NCBI GenBank assembly: GCA_038087875.1
Contig: JAXLNO010000357.1
Location: 186,001 to 240,656 of the forward strand
DNA from: Malacoraja senta
Taxonomy: Eukaryota
Length of the DNA stretch: 54,656 nt
Reading direction: 5' to 3'
This document shows, piece by piece, positions 25,800 through 37,918 of the stretch (the stretch's first letter is position 1; each line of letters begins with the position of its first letter). The position numbers were made by a program, and so were the translations under genes. The notes under the pieces are model-generated. The model searched no databases. It worked only from the letters and a program-made list of their open reading frames with translations, and was not told the origin of the DNA.

Positions 25800-26490
25800 T
25801 TGGACAATGCAAAGCCATTGCAGGGAGTTGGTGAGGCCACATCTGGACTGTCAGTCATAGTCATGCAGCCTGGAAACAGGCCTATTGACCCAACTCATCC
25901 ATATTGACCAAGATGCCCCATCTAAGCTAGTTCCATTTGGCTCATATCTCTCTAAATATTTAGTATCATGTGCCTGTCCAAATGTTTTAAACACAATTTT
26001 AGTTATCTTTTGCATTCAGAAAGGCTTTGGATCCAGTCCAAGTTATATTTACTAGGCTAAATCCTAGGATGGGAGAATCGTCCTGTCAAAAGCAGCTAAA
26101 GATATTAGATCTATGATCTTCAGTTCAGAAAAATGAGCATTGATCTGACTGATTCATATAGGATTCTTTATGCAGCATGAAAGGGTAGATGTCGAGATGT
26201 TTCCACTCGCGGGAGAATCCTAAATAAAGCTGAGTTACATCGGAACAACTTCTTGCAGAGAGCATTGAATCTCTGGAATTTATCTTTTAAATACTTCAAT
26301 GATCTAGACTTTGGTGGAGGCTAGATCATTTGGAGTTTTTAAAGTTGAAGTAGATATATTTTTGGAAGATTAGGCCAATTTAGGCCAATGGAAACTGCAC
26401 AGAAAATGAGATGAGGCCTGTGGCAAATCAGCCATGTTCATATTGAATGGTGCGGCAGGCCTTAGTAGCCAAGTGACTTATTCCTGAAGG
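25800..26490 (+). mobile_element. Old degraded CR1 fragments
   Basis: TTGGTGAGGCCACATCTGGA and ATCAGCCATGTTCATATTGAATGG remnants. Confidence 0.55.
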
Positions 26491-26662
26491 ATCCGATCTG
26501 AAATGTCGCCTATCCATGTCCTCCATAGATGCTGGCTGCCCTGCTGAGTTCTTCCAGCACTTTGTGTTTTCGTTCTATTTTCATTGTTTTTGTGTTTATT
26601 TCTGTTCACTCAGTTAACATGCTGACTCTATTTGATGATTAGAATCTACACTTTATATGCAG

Positions 26663-26749
26663 TATTCCATAGAAGGATCCAGCCACTGTTTGCCGTGCCC
26701 ACTTGGAGCAGCCTGTTCAGTTCCTTTCTTGAAACCAGTTCAGTTCCAG
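26663..26749 (+). CDS. Cys-rich repeat gene exon H (phase 0 to 0)
   Basis: atgcag|TAT...CAG|gtaaga; YSIEGSSHCLPCPLGAACSVPFLKPVQFQ (Phe where the repeat predicts Cys). Confidence 0.83.
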
Positions 26750-27917
26750 GTAAGATATAGAATACAGCATGCCAAACCACTCAATTTCACAAGTACATTG
26801 TAGTTATTGCTAATAGTTTTAGAATTCTTATGAACAGCAATAATCACTGAATGAACATCAATATTTATCAAGCGACTATAAAGTTCAAATACTTTTCATA
26901 ACAGGGTGACTTTATGAAGCAGGTGCCCTTGGGTTTATAGAGGTGACAATGCTGGAACAAAGGCTGAATCCAAGAGCAATCATGAAAAAGCAGACCTTAC
27001 AAGGCCACATGATTGTATTTTCTGTCCGATTCACCTCAGATATTGAACTTCCCTCTCTTCTAACCAGGCATTGAAGTTGTTAAAGGAGTTACAATGCTCA
27101 GTCTGAATTTAATTAATTGAGCTGAAATTATTTTCCATACACTGGTGTGTCCAAGATTTGAATGTGTGTTTCTAGATCTGTAATCCAGGCATTTGGATTA
27201 CCAGTTCATCAACAGATCCACAATGCCATCACAGCAGAAGGATGGGATAAATGGTAAATGCTCCATAGGGCAGCTGGTGAAGTTGTGACCAGCTAAGATT
27301 TGGGAAGGGAGAAACTCTTGAAGCAGTGGTGTGGTATCTGAAAAGTGAAACCCGAGATAATAAAAATCTCATTACAGCTGCCTTATCTGCTATCACAAGA
27401 GTATATCCAAAATCAAAGTGCTGAAGGAAATCAGCAGGTAAGGCAGCATGTTGATTCTGCATGACCTGCTGAGTTCCTCCAGCATTTTGTTTTTTTGCTA
27501 AAGTTTGTTGCATCTGAAGTCACAACCCAACATCACCAACGGTCTACTATGGACGTTGTTTTGGTTGTGCTACATACTTTGGTTTTGCATTATGATGTAT
27601 TGATTATCCAGTATTAGATTGTCAATTTATAGTATTATTGATTATTGTAGATTTATTTGTTGTGTTATTGCATTAATGAGCCTGCAAAGCTGCAGCGTAA
27701 TAAATTCATTGCTAAGTTCCTGTTAACAAAATAACAGGCAACAAATTAAGGGGCAACTTTTTGACACAGTATGATACATAAGTTAAATGAGCTGCAGTCG
27801 AAGTGGGTGAGGCATGTAAAATAGCAACATTCAAATGACATTTGGACAGGTACATGAATAGGAACGGTTTAGAGGAATACAGGTTAAATGCAAGCAAATG
27901 ACACTAGCTTAGATGGG

Positions 27918-30900
27918 ACAATGGCGGCGCACACGCATGTGGATGTGGATGTGGTTGTTTTTGTCTGTTTTGTTTGCTTGTCTGTTGACCAGCAACTCGA
28001 CATATAACCGTCAAGATCTTCTAAGGATTGGGACGTTGTGTGGCGAGCTAGATCTCACAAGGAGCTCCCACAACGACTATATTCCGCCAGAGATCACCCG
28101 ACCAGCGGAGTCCCAGTGGATCACCATACCAGACGGACGGTGCAGGAGGTGGCGCAGAGGGAGGCGGCAGAAGCGCGGCTGTCGAGCCGGCATTCATGCT
28201 AGGCTAAAGAAAGCTCCTCACAGACCGGTGCTACCCAGCATCTTTCTGACGAACGCCCGATCGCTCAGCAACAAGATTGGCGAGCTGGAGCTGATCAACG
28301 AAGAACATACAACTGTGCAAACCTGCTCGATTATGGTGATAACTGAGACCTGGCTTCACGCGGGGACCCCGGACGAGGCTATCAGCCTGGTAGGCCACAC
28401 AGCGCACCGGGCCGACAGGAGAAGGGACTCCGGTAAGAGCAGAGGAGGGGGACTATGCATTTACTCTTATGATAAATAGTGCACAAATGTAGTCGTCGTT
28501 GAGAGACACTGTTCACCAGACTTGGAGTTTATAACATTGAAATGCCGACCCTTCTATCTGCCGCAGGAGTTCACAGTTGTTGTTACTATGGCTGTTTACA
28601 TTCCACCAAGCGCTAACGTCAAGCTAGCACTGAACACCCTGCTAACAACCATTAACAAATTACAGACTGCGCACCCTGATGGGATTTTCATCGTGGCTGG
28701 AGACTTCAACTAGGCAAATTTAAAAACTGTCCTCCCTAAATTCCACCAGCATGTCACGTGTCCGACGAGAGGTCAAAACACATTGGATCATGTATACAGT
28801 AACATCAAGGATGGATACAAGCCTTCCCCCTCCCTCACCTCGGCCAGTCTGACCATCTATCCCTCTTTCTCACCCCAGCATATAGATCTCTCATCGTGAA
28901 AACTAAGCCCAGTGTGAGAAACATAAAGACTTGGCCTGAGGGCGCTGCCGCCCAACTTCAGGACTGCTTTGAGTGGGATCTTTTTGCAAACCAGGACATA
29001 ACAGACTACACATCCACAGTCATGTTCTACATACAGAACTGCATCAATAACGTCACGGTCGACAGAGAGGTCAGGTGTTATCCAAACAGAAAACCGTGGA
29101 TGACCAGGGATGTTAGGAAGCTGCTGAGGGAACGCAACTCAGCCTTTAGATCTGGCAAAGATGAACTGTACAGCACTGCCAGATCCAAACTAAAGAGAGC
29201 CATCAAACAGGCAAAGGCAGCCTATGGAAGAAGACTAGAGGGACACTTTAACGAGAGGGACCCTTGGCGTGTTTGGCAGGGTATTCAGCAACTTACCAAC
29301 TACAAGGGCAACAAGGGGGTCAACCACCAGCAGCAGCAGCAGCAACTCGCTAGCTGAGGAGCTTAACCATTTTTCGCCCGTTTTGAGCTGAATGAGGTGG
29401 AGCCTGCACCTGCAGCCGCATCCAGCACTGACGACCCGGCACTCACTGTGAGCACAGAGGATGTCAGGAGAGCACTCCGCAGCGTCAACCCCAGGAAGGC
29501 TGCTGGCCCAGATGGCATCCCAGGGAGAGTACTGCGGGACTGTGCAGACCAGTGGGCGGAGGTATTTAGCTACATCTTTAATCTCGCTCTGTCAACATGC
29601 ACTGTTCCTAAATGCTTCAAGACTGCTACCATTGTGCCTGTTCCCAAAAAAACATCCATCACTAGCTTGAATGACTACAGACCTGTTGCTCTTACTTCAA
29701 CTGTGATGAAGTGCTTTGAGAGGCTGGTCCTGGCCCACATTAAATTCTCACTCCCATCCACCCTGGATCAGCATCAGTTTGCATACAGAGCTAACAGGAC
29801 AACAGAGGACGCCATCAACATAGCTCTACATTCTGCACTGACTCAGCTGGAGTGCCCCGGCTCATATGTGAGGATGCTGTTTGTAGATTTTAGTTCTGCA
29901 TTCAATACCATCATCCCCAGCAGAATGGTGGACAAACTGTCTGTCCTGGGTGTTAATGCCAACACATGCAGATGGATCAAGGACTTCTTAACAGACCGCC
30001 CACAGACTGTCAGGATGGGGTCCAATCACTCCCCAGTCCTGACGCTCAGCACAGGAGCGCCACAAGGTTGTGTGCTGAGTCCAATCCTATACACAATATA
30101 CACCCATGACTGCACACCAACACACAGCACAAACCAGATCATTAAGTTTGCAGATGACACGACTGTGGTGGGGCTGATAAATAACAACGACGAGTCTGCC
30201 TACAGAGATGAAGACAAAAACTGACTGTCTGGTGCACTAACAATAACCTGGTAATCAACCCAATCAAAACAAAAGAACTAGTGATTGACTTCAGGAGGAG
30301 GAGAGAGGGATCTGCTCCTCTCTACATCAAAGGAGACATGGTGGAGAGAGTCACTGACTTTAAGTTCCAGGGTACATACATCTCCCAGGACCTCACATGG
30401 ACAGTGAACACCATCACCCTCGTGAAGAAGTCACAGCAGCGGCTATATTTACTGAGGTCTCTGCGGAGAACAAACTTTTCACAGCAGCTGCTGCTGTCCT
30501 TCTACCGATGCGCCGTGGAAAGCATCCTCTCCTTTGGCATCCTGGTGTGGTTTGCTAGCTGCACTGTGGCTGAAAGGAAGGCACTACAGAGAGTTATTAA
30601 AACAGCACAGAGCATCACAAACACTCAACTACCCTCCCTGGATGACATTTACAGGGCCCGATGTTTACGCCGGGCCACAAACATTAAACAGGACTCATCC
30701 CACCCTGCCAACCACCTTTTCACTCTGCTGCCCTCTGGGAGGTGATACAGGTCTCTGAAGGCCCGCACTGGTAGACTAATTAACAGTTTCTACCCACGTG
30801 CCATTAAAGAACTAAACTCAAATAGATAACACTGCTGGCAACACAACACTATGCGTGGGGTAATATAATGCGCAATATTTTTTTATATTTCTATTATCTA

Positions 30901-31095
30901 TTTATTAATTTTAATTTTATTAATTTCATTTACTGATCTTGCCGGTATATGAGAGTCAATGGTTGTTTGTGTTTTTGTTCTTTTAATCTTTTATCCCGTG
31001 TCTTCTATGTATACCACTGAAGGAGATGCAATGAAATTTAGTTGTACAGTTGTTGTGCAATGACAATAAAAGTATTTGATTGATTGATTTGATTA
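27918..31095 (+). mobile_element. Near full-length Rex1/Babar LINE (APE endonuclease + RT) with stops and frameshifts, inserted into a CR1 3' end
   Basis: NARSLSNK, ITETWL, AGDFN, AGPDGI, VDFSSAFN, PQGCVLSP, KFADD; AATAAA plus (TTGA)n tail; CR1 tail on both sides (27730-27917, 31096-31141). Confidence 0.9.
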
Positions 31096-31251
31096 GCATG
31101 GACAAGTTGGACCGAAGGATCTGTTTCCATGATGTATGACTGTTACTCAGTAACATGAAAATGTAGCCATGAGTTTATGATCATTATCCATGGGAATAGA
31201 AATGTTGCAGTGAAAGCTCTTTTTAAGAATTATGATTTTATATATATATAA

Positions 31252-31445
31252 TGAAAAACTGTTCATATGTTACACAAACATTTTATTTTGGTAATGTAGC
31301 ATATGATATTATTTAGTTCTTCATTTCCGTGGAAAAATAAAAGGTTCAAAATTGAAAAACTGTTAATATGTTACCCAAAAAAAAATTTTTTGGTAATGTT
31401 AGCATATGATATTATTTAGTCCTCTGTTTCCATGGAGAAATGAGA
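31252..31445. repeat. Tandem duplication, two diverged units of about 100 bp
   Basis: TGAAAAACTGTT(C/A)ATATGTTAC...GGTAATG(T)TAGCATATGATATTATTTAGT occurs twice. Confidence 0.8.
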
Positions 31446-31705
31446 GATGCAGAAATGGGTTAATGCCTTGTTAATATGTCAGAGAAAGTAACTAAATGGG
31501 TATGTTAAATATTCATGGGCTACTATTGCACTGCCTTATTTCTAGGTTAAGGTTTCTCTGGTAATGGTGACTCAACTTTAATGTCTAACATCCCTGAGAA
31601 TAGGTGGTAATCGTTGCATTATATTAGCAGGAATACATCAGATCATATCAGAGAGACTCACTTCAGGCAGACAGGGAACTGATCTACATTCAAAAAATGG
31701 GGTCA

Positions 31706-32085
31706 GATTCAGATTAGTTTATTGTCATATACTCCAGGGTACAATGAAATTCCTTGTTTGCCTGAAGCTCATAGTGTAAACCATACGCATAGTAATGATA
31801 GATACAACAATAAATACAATGACAAAGCAGCAGAATGTAGCAAAGATGGAAGTGCAATCTGAAGTCATGCAAAAAGAAAATATTAAATGCAATAAAGAAA
31901 TAACCAAAGGAGGTAGAATTAAGAGTATGATGACGTGCCAGCATCTCTGGGAAAGGGGTGCAAAAGAGGTCATTAATTTATGGGCCAGGTGGGGAAGAAG
32001 CTGTTCTTAAGTCTGGATATCCTGGCTTTCAATCTTCTGCATCTTCTCCCAGAAGGCAGAAGCGGGAAAAGGAAATGGCCAGGAT
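31706..32085 (-). mobile_element. Rex1/Babar-like 3' fragment
   Basis: Tail and AATAAA on the minus strand; LLPSGRR-type C-terminal remnant. Confidence 0.6.
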
Positions 32086-32189
32086 GTCATTTTCTAATTA
32101 AAAAAAAAAAAAAATTCTGTTTGGAATTTTAATATTTCTGAGTTTGATAGTAAGTTTTTCAAAAATGTTGTCAAAATGTTCTGCAATTA

Positions 32190-32566
32190 CATAGATACAT
32201 AGAAAATAGGTGCAGGAGTAGGCCATTCGGCCCTTCGAGCCTGCACCGCCATTCAATATGATCATGGCTGATTATCCAACTCAGTATCCCGTACCTGCCT
32301 TCTCTCCATACCCCCTGATCCCTTTAGCCACAAGGGCCACATCTAACTCCCTCTTAAATATAGCCAATGAACTGGCCTCAACTACCCTCTGTGGCAGAGA
32401 GTTCCAGAGATTCACCACTCTCTGTGTGAAAAAGGTTTTTCTCATCTCGGTCTTAAAGGATTTCCCCCTTATCCTTAAGCTGTGACCCCTTGTCCTGGAC
32501 TTCCCCAACATCGGGAACAATCTTCCTGCATCTAGCCTGTCCAACCCCATAAGAATTTTGTACGTT
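32190..32566 (-). mobile_element. Young CR1 3' fragment, near-identical to 21425-21800
   Basis: The 89-aa translation differs from the CR1 at 20157-21816 by only 3 residues. Confidence 0.92.
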
Positions 32567-32880
32567 GCAATACCTTTGGATAAATAGTCGATTCAAGAGT
32601 GCTTTACTTTCTTCCATAAAATCAATAAGAGAAGTTGAGAATCAAGAACTCGTTCAATATCATCAAGAGTTTGTGCTATGCTACAGGACAAAACTGCATA
32701 ATACACTCAGCTTTTGAAATGTGTTTTTATTGACTTTCAGTGGTACTGATTTTTGCAACTCGACAACAGTATACCAATACTGTGACATCAAAGCAGGATA
32801 TGATGGAAAGATTTCTAACCTACAGCGCAGTGTCAAATAAAAAGTGCAGAAGTTCCAGTCTGAAACGTTTACAACTGTGT

Positions 32881-33205
32881 GGGCGGCACAGTGGTGCAGC
32901 GGTAGGGTTGCTGCATTACAGTGCTTACTGCGCCAGGGACCCGGGTTTAATCCTGACTATGGGTGCTGTCTGTACGGAACTTGTACATTTCCCCGGGACC
33001 GCATGGGATTTTGCCAAGATCTTCGGTTTCCTCTCACACTCCAAAGACGTACAGGTTACAGGTTTGTAGGTTAATTGACTGGGTATAAATGTAAAAAATT
33101 GTCCCTAGTGTGTGTAGGATAGTGTTCGTGTGCAGGGCTCGCTGGTTGGTGCAGACCCGGTGGGCCGAAGGGCCTGTTTCCTCGCTGTATCTCTAAACTA
33201 AACTA
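32881..33205 (+). mobile_element. HE1-like V-SINE
   Basis: GGGCGGCACAGTGGTGCAGCGGTAG head, B-box-like GGTTTAATCC, (TAAAC)n tail. Confidence 0.85.
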
Positions 33206-33320
33206 CAACCATTGACTTCTGCACACTTGCATAGGGAGCAGAAAGATCAACTTTCCTTTTTTGGATTTATTAGCTTCACTAAGACATTAAATATTTCTTA
33301 AAACATAATTTCTTTGGTAG

Positions 33321-33549
33321 GTTGGCTCCATAAGCAATGGTACAAGCTGCTTATTATGTCCTGTTGGATATCGGTGCCCATCTCCACTGATTGAACCTCA
33401 AGCCTGTCCACCAGGCACTTACCAAGAACTTTTGGGAATGGCCAACTGCAAGATTTGCCCACCAGGTTTCCATTGCTTAGATAGAAGTAGGTCCCCAGAC
33501 CCCTGAGCTGAAGGGTTTCATAGTTCTGCAGGGGGAAGAAGAATGCTTG
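33321..33549 (+). pseudogene. Cys-rich repeat gene exon I, disrupted (TGA at 33504-33506; +1 G in the run 33531-33535)
   Basis: ttggtag|GTT...TTG|gtaggt; VGSISNGTSCLLCPVGYRC...CPPGFHCLDRSRSPDP*AEGFHSSAG; removing one G gives EEECL and phase 0. Confidence 0.85.
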
Positions 33550-33696
33550 GTAGGTTAATTACTAGATTTTTAAGAGAAAATAATGTTAATTCATTTATTT
33601 CCCCTTCTTTCTTTTCCTCTTTAAATCCTAGCTCTTCCTCAAGTTGCTTTGTCATGAGAAATGTGTGTCGATGAAGACGGGTTTGTGGATGATCGG

Positions 33697-34175
33697 CCTT
33701 CCTCTTGAATAATCAGTTCCTTGGTTTTACTGACATTGAGAGCAAGGTGTTTGTTCTGGCACCGTGTAATCAGACATTTAAGCTCCTCCTTATACCCTGA
33801 AGGGCCTGTCCCACTTGGGCGTCATTTGCGCGTCACGCAGGTGGCGCGCAAGGATTTCAAGAATCCCAAAATCCTGGGGCGCCGCGCCCTACTGCCCATC
33901 ACTGCCTATGCCACCACGTTTCACCACGCGCCATGCGCACGTCACGTGCGTCGTGATGCGTAAATGGTGTCGCGTAAATGACGCGCAAATAACGCCCAAG
34001 TGGGACAGGCCCTTGGCTCATCATTATCTGTAACTTGTCCAACAATGGTGGTGTCATCAGTGAATTTAAAGATGGATTGGGAACTGTGACCGGCTACGTA
34101 GTCATAGCCATTGAGTGAGTAAAGCAGAGGGCTGAGCTGATGGTTATCGAGGAGGAGATGTTGTTGCCACTTGAT
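33697..34175 (-). mobile_element. Rex1/Babar RT fragment interrupted by a MITE
   Basis: Minus strand KFTDDTTIVGQVTDNDE...LNVSKTKELII. Confidence 0.65.
33801..34013. mobile_element. Harbinger-like MITE
   Basis: TIRs AGGGCCTGTCCCACTTGGGCGTCATTTGCGCGTCA / TGACGCGCAAATAACGCCCAAGTGGGACAGGCCCT; flanks TGA/TGG. Confidence 0.8.
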
Positions 34176-34681
34176 TTTGCTTTATATGAACTAATGGCTT
34201 GCAAGCTCTGACACAGCTACAGAGTGTCTACATTATCCTCCAGTCTAGAGCGAAAATGTCCCTCTTAGCCTATTTGATGGCCATTTCAAGGTCTTATCTG
34301 GACTTCTTATATGAATCTGCGTCGCTGGACTTGAATGCCCGAGATCTGGTCCTCGGAAGATGAGAGCCAACCAGCTTGGGTCTCCATCAGCTTTCTTCAT
34401 GTGCAAGCTACAGGTGGGGTATTGATGGCTCTAACTTATCCCTTCCCTTGGTTTAGACCTGGGGCCAAGTGTAGATGGTTGAGATCATGATTTCTACCAC
34501 GAGGACTTTAGCTGAACTTCTCCACAATTCATCACATGGATTCCATGGTATATCAATGTTAGTACTTTAGCTGGTATTTTGCTTTCTTGAATAATTGTTA
34601 TTACAACTATAAATGATTTAATTATAAATGCTAGTTAATATTTCTAACCTTCGTTGTAATGATTTTTTTATTGATTACTAG

Positions 34682-34835
34682 GTATGTCCTTTGGGACGTT
34701 ATAGTGTGGTTGTGTGGGAATTCTTTCTAACGTGCCCTCCTGGACAGGAATGTAAAGAAGGCAAGCGACCAAAGAGCTGTCCATCAGGGACTCACAGTCA
34801 TCAGGGTCTGGGCTATTGCCAGCCGTGTCCTTCAG
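34682..34835 (+). CDS. Cys-rich repeat gene exon J (phase 0 to 1), with missense decay
   Basis: ttactag|GTA...TCAG|gtatgg; VCPLGRYSVVVWEFFLTCPPGQECKEGKRPKSCPSGTHSHQGLGYCQPCPS. Confidence 0.82.
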
Positions 34836-34952
34836 GTATGGTTAGTCATTGTAATGGATTATTCCATTGTTCATGTGTTTTACTGTTTTTACTACAGAGA
34901 CGACTGGAATTAAAAGCTGCTGAGTCTGGCAATTAACTATTGTATCTAGTAA

Positions 34953-35506
34953 AGGGGCTGTCCCACTGCGGCGACCTAATCCGCGAGTTCTGGCGAGTTT
35001 GCCCTCGACTCATATTCGCAGCATGGTCGACACGAGGTCCTAAGAGGTCGTTGTAACTCTCCTTCATGCTCGAGGGTAGTCCCCACGTACTCGAGGCCTC
35101 GGCTAGGTCGCGGCATATTTTTCAACATGTTGAAAAATGCCCGTGAGTTTAATAAAAGGTGGCCATGGAAAAAATCTATACTTTTTTTACTCTAAGGTTT
35201 AGTCGAAGTAGGTCGTAGTAGGTCAGCATGTTATTCGTAGGTAATCGAGGGTAGTCAAAGGTAATCGAGGGTAGTCGAAGGTAGTTGCAGATAGATTTCA
35301 ACATAGTCGAAGGGAGGTCGAAGGAGGTCGTCTTCACTCTCCACTATTCGGAGTCTAATTTTCACAAAGCTAGTCGAAGCTAGTCTTCAACATAGTCGAA
35401 GGAGGTCAAAGGAGGTCTTCTACATAGTCAAAGGTGGTCTTCAACATGACATTTTTTCAAACTCTCCTAAACTCGCCAATTAGGTTGCCGCAGTGGGACA
35501 GCCCCT
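34953..35506. mobile_element. Harbinger-like MITE with internal TAGTCGAAGG short repeats
   Basis: TIRs AGGGGCTGTCCCACTGCGGCGACCTAAT / ATTAGGTTGCCGCAGTGGGACAGCCCCT; flanks TAA/TTA. Confidence 0.8.
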
Positions 35507-35664
35507 TTAGCTGGCCCAGAACAGTCCGAGAATTCTGATGTCACCAAAACTGACCCATGTTACTAAACAAAACATGCCAGAATCCAGCTCAGAATCATCT
35601 CACCATGTTCCTCATCACATAAACTCAACATGTGCTTTTAGAGGACAAGGTAGGGACCAAGAAA

Positions 35665-35840
35665 CTGAAGACAAAAGAAGCTGCAGATGCTGAAGAGTTC
35701 CCACCCGAAACGTCACCTATCCATTCCCTCCACAGATGCTGCCTACTATGCTGAGTTACTCCTGCACATCGTGGAGGGGACGAATAGGCAACATTTCACG
35801 TCTGGACCTTTCAGCATCTGCAGCTCCTTTTGCCTTCAGT
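35665..35840. repeat. Penelope-type hairpin repeat with hammerhead core (CTGAAGA 35690, GAAACGTC 35707-35714)
   Basis: Terminal arms CTGAAGACAAAAGAAGCTGCAGATGCTGAA / TTCAGCATCTGCAGCTCCTTTTGCCTTCAG; stem II disrupted. Confidence 0.6.
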
Positions 35841-35861
35841 TTCTTTGTCTCTACCTTTACC

Positions 35862-36295
35862 CTGGGGATGATTGAATTAATGTATGAAGAGTGTTTGATG
35901 GCTCTGGGCCTGTTCTCACTGAAGCTTAGAAGGATGAGGTGAGATCTCATTGAAATCTACCAAATAATGAAAGACCTAGATAGGGTGGATGTGGTGAGGA
36001 TGTTTCCAGTAGTGGGAGAATCTAGGACCAGAGCGTATAGCCTCCTTATAAAAGACATGTCTTTAGAATGGAGATACAAATAATTTATTTAGACAGGGGG
36101 TGGTGAATTTTTGGAATTCAGTAGCACTGACGGCCATGGATCCCGAGCGAAGTATTGATAGGCTCTTGATTAGCAAAGGTATCAAAGGTTATTGGGAAAA
36201 GGCAGGAGGGAAAATTTGATCAGTCATGATCGAATGGTAGAGCAGACGCGATGGGCTAGATGGCCTAATTCTGCTCCAATGTCTTATGATCCTAT
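35862..36295 (+). mobile_element. CR1 LINE 3' fragment
   Basis: LMYEECLMALGLFSLKLRRMR plus CR1 3' UTR. Confidence 0.8.
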
Positions 36296-36360
36296 CCCCT
36301 AAAAGCACATGTTTTAACCAAGAAACTGAAGCTCACATAAATATCTCTTGACGTTCTTAG

Positions 36361-36479
36361 GTACCTATTCTGGCATTGGGTGGGCATCCTGCGATAGATG
36401 TCCATTAGGTCATTCATGGTCATTTCCTGCAAAACCACCTGAAGCAAATACATCAGTGTCTCATACTCGGAAAAAGCAT
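36361..36479 (+). CDS. Cys-rich repeat gene exon K (phase 1 to 0)
   Basis: ttcttag|GT...CAT|gtaagt; (G)TYSGIGWASCDRCPLGHSWSFPAKPPEANTSVSHTRKKH. Confidence 0.8.
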
Positions 36480-37018
36480 GTAAGTTCGCCTTCAGTTTCT
36501 TCCCTTTGTTTTTAATCCCTTGTATGCAAACTCTGATGCAGACTTATCTAAGATATTGATTAAATGTTTCATATCTCAGTGTATTGCATCACCCAGTTAT
36601 TTAACAATGCTGGTTTCCTAGCTCTGCAATTTTACAACAACATGCTGTAACTTTGCTTTCAACTTTAATTCCCCCTAACCTTGCCGTTTGAGGAATGCTT
36701 ACACACTCTTATACCTTGACCAGGGCTAGATTAAGCTGTGGTCCTCTCCATTAGTTACGATTGAAGTTGACCATAAAGCAATTTGTTCTGAATGTTTGGA
36801 AAAAGAACACTTGTAGTTATCCCCTCAATGAGATATTCCTTCAATGGCCTACAATTCCAAGGATATTAGCAAAAGCCAATTACTTCAAATTACATTTTGA
36901 AATATGGTTAAGCCAATACAGTAAGTGGGAATTCATCAGTTGAATCGACAAGGTCCCACCTCACCATATCCTTGCCAATACCCCCTTGCAGTGAATCATT
37001 GGTTAGAAAATGAGGAAT

Positions 37019-37847
37019 AAGAAAGATTTGGGAGCTGGGAAAAAAATATGGAAAGGAAAAACACACTCTTCAAAGAATGATTTGTAGATTATGGAAGGAA
37101 TAAGAATAAGTGGCTAAATTATAGCTATTTTATCTGCTTCAACTGAGATTCATTCTCTCTGATTCTGCATATTAAACCTAGTCCACTCAATGAATTATTT
37201 TATTGAATAAATCATGAGACAAATTTTATTCCAATACATCTGTCATGAGATGGGGACACAATAGCTCCTTTAGCTCATCAGTCCTTCATACCTGATAACC
37301 AGACAGCATAAATTCCTGAGAAATATCGAGCGCTGCAAATAGACCTCAGTGAATTGTTTTTCTCTTCGTTGTGGCCTTCATTTTAACCAGTGGAATCTGT
37401 AATTGTCCTCTCCTGTTGTGTGTCGACAAATAGAAGTTTGAGATGTTTTCTGATTCAACGATATTCAGAAGCCATTCTTTTTGTTTAAATTGCTTTCATC
37501 TGGTAAAGCTGTAATGGATCTGTCACAGAGCTGGCTGTGAATGATGATGTGAAGCATTAACTCCTGTCTGAATTGAATTTTTAATCTAGTGCCTTTTCAT
37601 TAGAAAATATAGGGAATAAATCAATGTCTGAGTAAGTGTTCTCTTCAAATATATTTTACTAACTGTACACCCATTCACCAAAATACTATTTGCAGCAGTT
37701 TTTAAATATTATAAAGTGCATGGATATTTAAGATTTCATTATCATCTTTAAATACGGTCTATAAACTTGAAAGCTTTAATCTACAAATCATTCTTTGAAG
37801 AGTGTTTTCCCTTTCCATATCTTTTTCCCAGCCCTCAAATCTTTCTT
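37019..37847. repeat. Inverted repeat, arms of about 70 bp (37019-37091 and 37777-37847)
   Basis: AAGAAAGATTTG...CACTCTTCAAAGAATGATTTGTAGATTA versus TAATCTACAAATCATTCTTTGAAGAGTG...CAAATCTTTCTT. Confidence 0.85.
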
Positions 37848-37918
37848 CCATGGTCCCCTCAGTTAAAACCAGATTTTCAGTTTGTCTGGAAGGAACATCT
37901 GTTCCATCCCCTGTCAGA
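37832..37918 (+). CDS. Candidate linker exon L (phase 0 to 0)
   Basis: Strong acceptor ctttccatatctttttcccag|, weak donor AGA|gttagg; PSNLSSMVPSVKTRFSVCLEGTSVPSPVR; phase-compatible with K and M. Confidence 0.35.

Noticed and set aside
27913..28000. Signal-peptide-like hydrophobic start suggesting a host gene
   Set aside because: It runs directly into the Rex1/Babar endonuclease ORF and is part of the element.
32741..32840. Strong acceptor (tttattgactttcag) as an extra or terminal exon
   Set aside because: Phase 0 gives WY-stop, other frames lack the Cys repeat, and there is no convincing donor.
33504..33506. TGA at a Cys position as a selenocysteine codon
   Set aside because: A frameshift follows about 25 nt later, neighbouring exons also lose Cys codons, and no SECIS can be assessed. 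A nonsense mutation is simpler.
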